This document shows positions 11,055 to 19,904 of a DNA stretch of 64,000 bases, piece by piece. The notes beneath the pieces are model-generated. The model searched no databases. It saw only the letters and a list, made by a program, of their open reading frames with translations, and had not been told where the DNA came from. Origin of the DNA: an uncultured Chloroflexia bacterium (GTDB taxonomy: Bacteria > Chloroflexota > Limnocylindria > Limnocylindrales > CSP1-4); NCBI GenBank assembly GCA_963779575.1, contig CAVZYT010000005.1:652636-716635 (forward strand). Reading direction: 5' to 3'. Made by a program: the position numbers and the translations under genes. How positions within the stretch are numbered: the stretch's first letter is position 1; each line of letters starts with the position of its first letter.

Positions 11055-13242
11055 TCAGTTCGTGACGTTGCCCGCTCACGGTCACCGACGTGCAGCCCGA
11101 GCTGCTCACGAGCGAGCCCGAGCTCAGCGGCTGGGTGTTGCCGGTCACGGTCAGGCCGCTGACCGCCGAGAACGACATCACCGGGCCGGCGACGCGCTTG
11201 GCCGCCGCCGTGTTGCCGATGACGCGGATGTTCTGGCGGGTCGCGCTGCCGAACACGCCGATCTTGAACGCACCGATCGTCGTGTCGGTCATGAGGTTGC
11301 GGGAGAGCTCGATGTCGACGGCGGGGCCGTCGCCCGAGGCATTGGTGACCACGAACACGTACCCGTCCGCCTGGGTCGGCGTCGGTCGGGTAGTCGCCGT
11401 AGGGCTTCGTCCCGATGACGTTGTCGCTGAACTGGACGTGTCGCCACCGGCGAGCCGGCCGCCGACGGTGTGCGCCGTTCGGCTCGATGTCCCAGGTGTA
11501 GTAGCCGATGTGGCGGAAGGTGTTGAAGTCGACGACGACATTGCTCGCGCCGTCGGTGATCGTGACGCCCATCCGGCCGATGCCGTCGAAATGTGGAGTT
11601 GTGGAGCGGCGGATGGAAGCCGCCCAGCGGTTGGCGCCGCCGAGAGGTAGAGGCCGTCACCGCCGACGTTCGTGACGTCGACGTTGTCGAGGTCGACGCG
11701 GAGCGTTCCGCCGATCTGGATCGCGTGGTTGTGCTCGTAGGTGACGTTCCACTTGCCGGGCGTCGGATTGGCGCCCTTGATCACGAGGTTGCGCATGTTG
11801 ATGTCGTTGCCGCCGTTGTCGATCAGCCAGATCCGGGTCGTTGACCGCGTCGTCTGGAAGACGGTGGCGTTGTTGCCCTCGAAGGTGAGGTTGCTGCGGC
11901 CCGACAGGTGCAGGGTCCCGTTGACCCGGTACTGACCACCGCTGGCGAAGCAGATGACGGACCCGTTCGGGCTGTTGTCGATGAAGGTCTGGAGCGACGA
12001 GGTGACGTCGCTGTTGCCGCTCGCGTCGACGTTCACGTTGCGGGTGCACGACGACGCTGGCGGGGCCGGCGGAGCCGGGGTCGGCGCCGGCGTGGGGGCA
12101 GGCGTCGGCGTGGGAGCGAGGGTCGGCGTCGGCGTGGGAGCGAGGGTCGGCGTCGGCGTCGGAGCGAGGGTCGGCGTCGGCGTTGGAGCGAGGGTCGGCG
12201 TCGGCGTGGGAGCGAGGGTCGGCGTCGGCGCCGGCGTGGGAGGCGGCGTCGGCGCAGGAGTCGGCGTCGGCGTGGGCGCCGGGGTGACGGTCGGCTTGGG
12301 CGTCGGCGTCGGCGTCGGAGCCGGTGTCGGCGTGGGGGCCGCCGTGGGCGTCGCCGTCGGCCTGGGCGTCGGGGCCGGCGTGGGCGGTGGCGTGGCCACC
12401 GGTGCCGCCGTGGGGGTCGGCGTCGGCGCCGGCGTTGGCGTCGGGGTCGGCGCGGGGGTGACGGCCGGCGGCGGCGCGGGCGGCTCGGGCGTCAGGTTGG
12501 GGGTCGGCGTGGGCATCCGGCTTGGGCGTCGGGCGCGTTCGTCGGCGTCGGTGTCGGATCGGGCTTGGCGGTTGGCGTCGGCGAAGGCGTCGGCGTGGGG
12601 TCAGGCTTCGCCGTCGGCGCAGGCGTCGGATCCGGCGTGGCCGTGGGATCGGGCTTCGCCGTCGGATCGGGCTTCGCGCGTGGGGTCCGGCGTCGGCTTG
12701 GGCTCGTCCGGCGGGTTGGTCGGGATCGGGTTGCCCGGGTCGTCGACCGGGTCGAACTGCTCGCCGGTCGTCGCTCGCACGACGAACGCGTCCACGGCGA
12801 CGGTCGGATGGCCAGGCGTGCCGTCGGCGACGATGCGGATCCGGTGGCTCGCCGGCTTGTCCCAGACGCTGCTTGAACAGCACGCGCGTCGGCCGGAAGG
12901 CCGTCGTGTACAGGCTCACGGTGCCGGCGAGCTTGCCGTCGATGAAGACCTTGGCGGAGCCGCGCGTCGGTCCGATGGGACCGATCCAGGAGACGGCCGG
13001 CACCGCGGAACTTGCAGGCCGACGCTGGCGCCCGCGACGTCGGTCGATCGGACCTTGCCGCTCGAGGTAGTCCGGGTAGTAGGCGGTGAACCAGTGCCGC
13101 GATAGTCGAGCCGGTCGCTCGACTCCTGCTGGACGGTGACGTCCGAGGACGGCGGACCAGTCGCGATCAGCGTCCGGCCGGCGTTCGTCGCGGCCGAGAC
13201 GCTCATCATCGGGATGACGAGCCCGATCAGGGCGATCAACAT
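11055..13242 (-). CDS. Secreted right-handed parallel beta-helix exoprotein (copy 2) with an N-terminal putative carbohydrate-binding/Ig-like region and a PT-rich linker (multiple frame disruptions; start could be a TTG at ~13332)
   Basis: Signal/[23 protein letters not shown]; [40 protein letters not shown]; linker [16 protein letters not shown]...; then [62 protein letters not shown], and [48 protein letters not shown]. Confidence 0.7.
12116..12235. repeat. 24-bp tandem repeat (~5 units) encoding the PT-rich linker (PTLAPTPT periodicity on the minus strand)
   Basis: Unit gcgagggtcggcgtcggcgtggga repeated at 12116, 12140, 12164, 12188 and 12212 with 1-2 substitutions. Embedded in a wider degenerate PT-coding tract at ~12055-12530. 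Confidence 0.9.
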
Positions 13243-13323
13243 GACACCGGTCGCCAGCCAGTCGCGGTGACGGCGGCGGAGGCTGGGGGGCCGGGGGCGC
13301 TTTGGACGACGGGCGGCTCGTCC

Positions 13324-13339
13324 GGGAGCCAACGCTCCC
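13324..13339 (-). promoter_or_regulatory. Short perfect hairpin downstream of the GEMM-like riboswitch; possible expression platform
   Basis: GGGAGC-CAAC-GCTCCC on the plus strand (GGGAGC-GTTG-GCTCCC on the minus strand). A potential TTG start lies in the loop. Confidence 0.35.
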
Positions 13340-13363
13340 CATCCCAAAACATGCAATACCACC

Positions 13364-13440
13364 ACCATTCGGCAACCCGGCTGACTCAGGGAGTCCCGTG
13401 GCTTTGCGGCCCCGCCTCGCGACGGGTGTGCTCTTTCGTG
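13364..13440 (-). ncRNA. GEMM-I (cyclic dinucleotide) riboswitch candidate, A20-type
   Basis: Minus strand 5'-CACGAAAGAGCACACCCGTCGCGAGGCGGGGCCGCAAAGCCACGGGACTCCCTGAGTCAGCCGGGTTGCCGAATGG. It has the CCCGTC-GCGA-GGCGGG stem with GNRA loop, the conserved CGCAAAGCC joining element, the GACTC-CCT-GAGTC hairpin and the conserved AGCCGGGTTGCCGA 3' strand. Confidence 0.85.
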
Positions 13441-13761
13441 GATGTGGGTCGATCCCAATCCTGTTGTCGGGACCAAGCATGTGGCGCGTCGGCGCGCCAC
13501 GCCACGGGACGGTTGGCGCAGGTGATCCGCGGAAGGTCACGACCTGACTACCCTGCACCGCCCCGCATCGCATCCCGGCGCCCTCCCGCGGACCGGACCT
13601 TGCAAATAGGTGTTGTCGGGGCGCACCGCGTTGCGTGCGAGCGACGTGGCATCGAGCCGTCCGGTCGACCGGGTGCACCGGCTCGCCGGGCGCGCGATGA
13701 TAGGTGCGCCCACGACATGCCCGGACGCGCGCACGGGCCCGGGGACCAGGAGTGACCTCCG

Positions 13762-14996
13762 TTGCCCATCGGCGCCTGCCGTGCCTGCCATGCCGCCGAG
13801 CCGGCCGTCGTCCTCGACCTCGGGACCGGCAGCCCCGGGCCGACTCGTTCCCGGAAACGGCCGATCATGGCCGCCGACGCGCCGCTGGCCGCTGGTCATC
13901 GGTCGGTGCCCCCGCTGCGGCCTGTTCCAGCTGCTGGGCGATTCGCCGCCCGAGGAGGACCTCGTCGGCGCCGCCGCCTGGACGTCGTCCGCGACGATGG
14001 CAGCCCACGTCGAGGGCCTCATCGACGAGGTGGTCGCGGCGGGGCTCCTGCGCCCCGACACCCGGGTGGTCGACCTCGCCAGCCACGGCGGGCACACGGC
14101 CCCCATGCTCCGGGAGCGTGGCATCGACGCGACCGTGTACGAGGCGGTGCCCTGGCGCGCGGCGGCGCTCCGTGCCGACGGCCATCGCGTCATCGAGGCG
14201 GATCCGGAGGACGGCGGCTCCGACGACGAACGTGCGCGCGCAGACCTCGTGATCGACGTCTACCGCCTCGCCCACCTGCCGGACCTCGATGCGGGCGTTG
14301 CGCGCGATCGCCCGGCTCCTCGCGCCCGGCGGCACCGCCGTGATCGAGTTCGACCACGCGCTCTCCACGATCGGCGAGGCGCAGTTCGACGCGGTCCGGC
14401 ACGGCCACTTCAGCTACCTCACCCTGTCGGCGCTGGAGCCGCTCCTCGCGCGCCACGGGCTTGCCGTGACGTACGCCGCGCCGCAGCCGGTGTACGGCGG
14501 CGCCCTGCGCATCCGGCTCCGTCCCGCGTCCGCGGCCGCGACGATCGACCCGTCCGTGGCCGCCGTGCGCGCGGCGGAGCGAGCGGCGGGCCTCGACGAC
14601 CCGGTCTTCCTGGCCGGGCTCGCGGGCCGCGTCGAGGAGCGCTGCACCGCCCTGCGCGAGCACCTCGCCGAGGCCGCCCGCGACGGCCGCCGGGTCGTGG
14701 GCTACGGCGCGCCGACGCGCGCGGTCACGCTGCTCAACGCGGCCGGAGTCACCGAGCGCGACCTGCCGTACACCGTCGACCGCTCGAGCGCCAAGCACGG
14801 GCGATACCTGCCGGGCACCGGCATCCCGATCCGCGATCCGCGCGCGCTTGCCGACGATCCGCCCGACGAGCTGCTGATCCTGACCTGGGACCTGGCCGAC
14901 GAGGTGGTGGCGCAGCTGGGCGCAGCTCGCCGGACGCACGCGGTTCGTCGTCCCGCTGCCCGCGCTCGCCGACATCGGGCCCGCCGCATCGGCTAG
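13762..14996 (+). CDS. EvaC/NovU-like sugar C-methyltransferase with N-terminal Zn-binding domain (copy 1; frame disruptions)
   Basis: CRACHAAEPAVVLDLGTG; PLVIGRCPRCGLFQLLGDSPPEEDLVGAAAW; LAPGGTAVIEFDHALSTIGEAQFDAVRHGHFSY; VVGYGAPTRAVTLLNAAGV. Confidence 0.75.
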
Positions 14997-15005
14997 AATC
15001 ACGAG

Positions 15006-15799
15006 ATGAAGGTCGTCCTGTTCTGCGGCGGTGAGGGGCTGCGGTTGCCCGGCACGACCGACGTCCTGCCCAAGCCGATGACCCGGATCGGGTACCGGCC
15101 GATCCTGTGGCACGTGATGCGCTACTACGCCCACTACGGCCATGCCGACTTCGTGCTCTGCCTGGGCTACCGGGCGGACGTGATCAAGGACTACTTCCTC
15201 CACTACGACGAGGCGGTGTCCAACGACTTCGTGCTCAGCCGCGGGGCGCCAGGTGGAGCACCTGCGGACCGACATCGCCGACTGGCGGATCACGTTCGCC
15301 GACACCGGGGCCCGGACCCTCATCGGCCAGCGCCTGCTGCGCGTCCGCAACCACCTCGAGGGCGAGGACATGTTCCTGGCGAACTACGGGGACGTCGTGA
15401 CGGACGCCCCGCTCGACGAGATCGTCGCGGCGTTCCGCGAGAGCGGCAAGGTCGCCGGGCTGATCGCGGCCCGGCCGGCCTACTCGTTCCACGTCGTGCG
15501 CTCGGACGCGCAGCGGCGAGATCACGGACATCGCCGACGCGCATGACGCCGGCATCTGGATCAACGGCGGCTACTACATGTTCCGGCGCGAGATCTTCGA
15601 CTACATCCGCGGCAACGAGGACCTGGTCGAGGAGCCGTTCACCCGGCTCGTCGCGGAGGACCAGCTGGCCGCGTTCCGCCACGACGGCTTCTACGTGTCG
15701 ATGGACACGCTCAAGGACCTCGCGACCCTCGAGTCGTCTCGAGGAGGCGGGCAACCCGCCGTGGGCGCGCTGGCGGGAGCCGGCGCCGGCGGCGCCTGA
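15006..15799 (+). CDS. Glucose-1-phosphate cytidylyltransferase-like nucleotidyltransferase, copy 1 (frame disruptions)
   Basis: [45 protein letters not shown]; [24 protein letters not shown]; [12 protein letters not shown]. Confidence 0.8.
15060..15380 (+). repeat. Left arm of a ~320 bp near-identical inverted repeat (partner 17938..18256)
   Basis: Direct comparison of this strand with the reverse complement of 17938-18256 shows only a handful of differences. Confidence 0.88.
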
Positions 15800-15804
15800 G
15801 CACG

Positions 15805-16850
15805 TCAGTCCAGGCGGCGCAGCCCTGCGTCGAGCCGGCCTTCGGCCAGCATGCTCGCGGATGTGCGCGATCCGCTGGAAGCGCGGACCCTCGAACTCGT
15901 CGAGGCGCAGCCCGATCGCGCTGTACGCCGCGTAGAGCTGCTCCGCGCCCGCTTCCGACGTCCCACGTCGTGCGGTAGCCGAGCGTCCGCGCGATGTGGC
16001 CGCAGTCGACCCGGTAGTCGCGCTTGTCGGGCGACGCGCCGTCCGCGAACGAGACCTCGCAGTCGGGCACCACGTCGCCGACGATCTCGGCGACCTCGCG
16101 GATCCGGTAGTTCTCGTCCGACGACCCGACGTTGAACACGCGCGCCGTGGATCAGCTCGCGCGGCGCGTCGAGGACGAGCAGGAACGCCCGCGAGATGTC
16201 CTCGATGTGGATCGAGCGGGCGCCACGGCGTGCCGTCGCTCTTGAGCATGACCTTGCCGGTCGTCACGGCCCATGCCGTCAGGTTGTTGACGACGATGTC
16301 GAAGCGATGGCGCGGCGAGACGCCGTACGCGGTCGCGTTGCGCAGGAAGACCGGGCTGAACCGGTCGTCGGCCAGGGGCGCGACGTCGCGCTCGGTCAGC
16401 ACCTTGGACCGGCCGTACGCGGTGACCGGCCGCAGCTCCGCGGACTCGTCGAGCAGCCCGTCGCCCGCCCGCGCCGTAGTTGCTGCACGACGACGAGAAC
16501 ACGAAGCGCGGCACGCCGGCGTCCCTGGCCAGCTGCGCGAGCCGCACCGAGGCCCGGTGGTTGATCGCCATCGTCAGGTCTTCGTCGAGGTCGCCCAGCG
16601 GATCGTTGGACAGCGCGGCGAGGTGGAGCACCGCGTCGAAGCCGTGGAGCTGCTCGGGCGCCGACGTCGCGGATGTCGCAGCAGATCGATTCGACGTCCG
16701 CGATGGCCGGGAACCGCCGGCGGCGCCCCGAACGTGCACGTCTCGTACAGGTCGCTGTCGAGGCCGACGACCTCGTGACCCGCGTCGAGCAGCATCGGGG
16801 ACGAGCACGGTGCCGATGTAGCCGAGGTGGCCGGTGACGAGGACGCGCAA
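15805..16850 (-). CDS. NAD-dependent epimerase/dehydratase (extended SDR; frame disruptions)
   Basis: [20 protein letters not shown]; [57 protein letters not shown]. Confidence 0.75.
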
Positions 16851-16859
16851 GGGGTCTCC

Positions 16860-17514
16860 CTAGATCTTGAGCTTGGTGCCGTGGAACGCCTCGGCGCAGC
16901 CGCTGTCGGCGCCCGCCTCGACGCCGCGCAGCCGGAGGAGGGCCCACAGGGTCTCGGCGTTGAACCAGCGACGGCCCTGCTGGCTCGGGAATCCGTCGAG
17001 GATCGCGCTGCACCTTGCGTCCCGCCGCCGCCTCGTCGAGCTCAACGAACACGTTGGGGCGGCCGAGGTCGCCGTCGAACTTCGCGATCTCGTACTCGAG
17101 GATCAGGCTGTCACGAAACACCTGCCAGGCGAGCTCGCCGAGGAGCCGGTGATCCTGGTGGGCGTCGCCGCGCCAGGGGCACAGGACGATGTCGGGCTCG
17201 AACGCGGCGTGCCCGGCGAGCCACGCCTTGGGCGCCTCGCCGAGGTACGGCAGATAGCCGTCGCGCAGCCCGGCCAGATCGAGGGTCGCGTCGCCCGCGC
17301 CCGCGAGCAGGGAGCCGGCCATCGCGCGGGCCTCCGCCTCGCGTGCCCCGGACCCCGTGGCGATCAGCCAGCGCACGGACAGGCCAGGATGGTCCGCCAC
17401 GAGCCGCGCGACCAGCCCGCCGGCGCCGATCTCGATGTCGTCGGGATGGGCGCCCAGCGCGAGGAGGCGCAGCGGGCGCCCGGCCGGCGCCTCGATCCGC
17501 AGCGACGGGATCAC
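16860..17514 (-). CDS. PIG-L family deacetylase (frame disruption near 17010)
   Basis: RLLALGAHPDDIEIGAGGLVARLVAD; PDIVLCPWRGDAHQDHRLLGELAWQVFRD. Confidence 0.82.
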
Positions 17515-18309
17515 CTCGCGGCACCCTCCGCGGGCGTGAGCCAGGGCGCCCAGGGCGGCCGGCCCGACTCCGCCTCGGCCTCGAGGCGGTGCACGTCGCG
17601 CAGCGTGTCCATCGGCGCCCAGTATCCGTCATGGCGGACGGCCAGCAGCTGGCCCTCGGCGATCAGGCGGCGGAACGGCTCCTCGACGAGCTCCTCGCCG
17701 GCCTTGATGTAGTCGAAGATCTCGCGCCGGAACGCGAAGTAGCCGCCGTTGATCCGCAGGCCGGCGTCGACGGGGTCGCGGACGCCGACGACCTGGTCGC
17801 CCTCGCCGAACTCGACGAGGTGGAACGGGTAGCCCTTGGCCGGGACGCTGATGAAGGCCGCGACGCGGCCGGACGCTCGGAACTCGTCGAGCATCCGGTC
17901 GAGCGGCACGTCGGTCAGGCAGTCGCCATACGTGGCCAGGAACATGTCCTCGCCCTCGAGGTGGTGGCGGACGCGCAGCAGGCGCTGGCCGATGAGGGTC
18001 CGGGCCCCGGTGTCGGCGAACGTGATCCGCCAGTCGGCGATGTCCGTCCGCAGGTGCTCCACCTGGCGACCCGCGGTGAGCACGAAGTCGTTGGACACCG
18101 CCTCGTCGTAGTGGAGGAAGTAGTCCTTGATCACGTCCGCCCGGTAGCCCAGGCAGAGCACGAAGTCGGCAGTGGCCGTAGTGGGCGTAGTAGCGCATCA
18201 CGTGCCACAGGATCGGCCGGTACCCGATCCGGGTCATCGGCTTGGGCAGGACGTCACTGCTCTCGCGCAGACGGAGGCCCTGGCCCCCGCAGAACAGGAC
18301 GACCTTCAT
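17511..18309 (-). CDS. Glucose-1-phosphate cytidylyltransferase-like nucleotidyltransferase, copy 2 (frame disruption near 18170)
   Basis: [45 protein letters not shown]; [31 protein letters not shown]; [20 protein letters not shown]. Confidence 0.85.
17938..18256 (-). repeat. Right arm of a ~320 bp near-identical inverted repeat (partner 15060..15380)
   Basis: See partner. Shared e.g. CCGATGACCCGGATCGGGTACCGGCCGATCCTGTGGCACGTGATGCGCTACTACGCCCAC. Confidence 0.88.
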
Positions 18310-18334
18310 GCCGGGAGCCGCACCGCGCGGTCGC

Positions 18335-19606
18335 TCACTCGACGACCTCGACCACGGGGATCGGCACGACGAGCCGCGTGCCTGCGGCACGCAGCGGCGC
18401 CAGCTGGGCGGCGATCTCGCGGCGCAGGTTCCAGGGCAGGATCACGACGATGTCGGGACGCGCGGCGTCCAGGGCCTCGGGCGGCCGGATGGGGATGCGC
18501 ATGCCGGGGGTGAAGCGGCCGTGCTTGTACGGGTTGCGGTCGACCGTGAACGAGATCAGGTCGGGCCCGATGCCGCAGTAGTTGAGCAGCGTGTTCGCCT
18601 TGCCCGGGGCGCCGTAGGCGGCGATCGTGCGGCCGGCCTCGCGCTCCGCGACGAGGAATGCCAGGAGCGCGCGCTTGGTCGCCGCGACGCGTTCCGCGAA
18701 CGGCGGGTGCCCCTCGACGGTCGTATACCCGAGCGCCTCCTCGCGCGCCAGCAGCTCGACGACCCGCTCGGACGTCGGCCGGGGGTCGTCCTCGTGCGCC
18801 GCGAACAGGCGCAGCGAGCCGCCGTGCGACGACAGCTCCTCGACGTCGAAGACGCGCAGGCCGTGCGCCGCGAGGGCCGCCGACGACGTGTGGAGCGTGA
18901 AGTACGAGAAGTGCTCGTGGTAGATCGTGTCGAACTGGTTGCCCTCGACCAGGCGGACGAGGTGCGGGAACTCGATCGAGATCGTGCCGCCGGGCGCGAG
19001 GAGCACCGCAAAGCCGCCCGTGACGTCGTGCAGGTCGGGCACGTGGGCGTAGACGTTGTTGGCCACGATCAGGTCCGCGGGCCCGTTCGAGGCGAGGAGC
19101 GACTCCGCAAGGGCGACGCCGAAGAACTCCGTCACGGTGGGCACGCCCTGGGCCCGCGCCGCCTCGGCCACGTTGCGTGCCGGATCGACGCCCAGCACCG
19201 GCACGCCGCGCGCGACGAAATGGCGCAGCAGGTAGCCGTCGTTGCTGGCGACCTCGACTACCCGGCTCTCGGGCCCCAGGCCCAGCCGCTCGATCATGGT
19301 GTCGGCGAATTGACGCGCGTGCTCGACCCACGAGTCCGAGAACGACGAGAAGTAGGCGTACTCGCGGAAGATCTCGTCGGGTGACACGTACTCCGGCAGC
19401 TGCACGAGGAGGCAGGAACGGCAGATCCGCACGTGGAGCGGATAGAACGGCTCCATCTCGTCGAGCTCTGCGGCCGTGAGGAATCGTTCGCACAAAGGCG
19501 ACGCGCCGAGATCAACGAACGTCGTCGTGAGCACTTCGCCGCACAGTCGGCAGCGTGGCCCCGTCGTCGCCGAACCGTCCCTGGCGTCCGTTGTCGAGGT
19601 GTCCAT
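18335..19606 (-). CDS. EvaC/NovU-like sugar C-methyltransferase with N-terminal Zn-binding domain (copy 2, intact)
   Basis: CRLCGEVLTTTFVDLGASPLCERFL, RICRSCLLVQLPEYVSPDEIFREYAYFSSFSDSWVEHA, VVEVASNDGYLLRHF, IAAYGAPGKANTLLNYCGI. Confidence 0.88.
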   Translation of the reverse strand: MDTSTTDARDGSATTGPRCRLCGEVLTTTFVDLGASPLCERFLTAAELDEMEPFYPLHVRICRSCLLVQLPEYVSPDEIFREYAYFSSFSDSWVEHARQFADTMIERLGLGPESRVVEVASNDGYLLRHFVARGVPVLGVDPARNVAEAARAQGVPTVTEFFGVALAESLLASNGPADLIVANNVYAHVPDLHDVTGGFAVLLAPGGTISIEFPHLVRLVEGNQFDTIYHEHFSYFTLHTSSAALAAHGLRVFDVEELSSHGGSLRLFAAHEDDPRPTSERVVELLAREEALGYTTVEGHPPFAERVAATKRALLAFLVAEREAGRTIAAYGAPGKANTLLNYCGIGPDLISFTVDRNPYKHGRFTPGMRIPIRPPEALDAARPDIVVILPWNLRREIAAQLAPLRAAGTRLVVPIPVVEVVE

Positions 19607-19733
19607 CGACCCGAGTGTAACCAACGCCGGGGCGCCATCCGGGTAGGACCCGAGTGGGACTTTCGGGGTCTGAAATGGTGACTGCAAGCAACGATTGGTA
19701 CAGAAAAGACCGGTTGGCGCCAGTCGTACTACC

Positions 19734-19762
19734 TTGACATGGTGAATAGGTACTGATTACCT
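19734..19762 (+). promoter_or_regulatory. Possible sigma70-like promoter upstream of the nucleotide-sugar dehydrogenase
   Basis: TTGACA, 17-nt spacer, TTACCT (weak -10), in a locally AT-richer divergent intergenic region. Confidence 0.3.
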
Positions 19763-19904
19763 GTTCTGGCACTTATCGCCGCCCCATTCATCGGTTCCGC
19801 GGATGCGGAAATGCACTCCTCAATCATCTCGACCGCCGCCTTGCCCGGGGATTGGGAAGGCGCCGCGGCATACCCGCCTTCAAGGGCGAGGGGGCACCTG
19901 CTTA

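Noticed and set aside
9766-12516. 916-aa ORF spanning both beta-helix genes, starting in the PT linker
   Set aside because: The frame moves in and out of the true coding frames because of indels. The gene 1 N-terminus and gene 2 C-terminus are in other frames, so it is an artefactual fusion.
12055-12530. Repetitive region considered as a CRISPR array
   Set aside because: The 24-bp units are contiguous with no unique spacers and translate as a PT-rich linker, and no cas genes are present.
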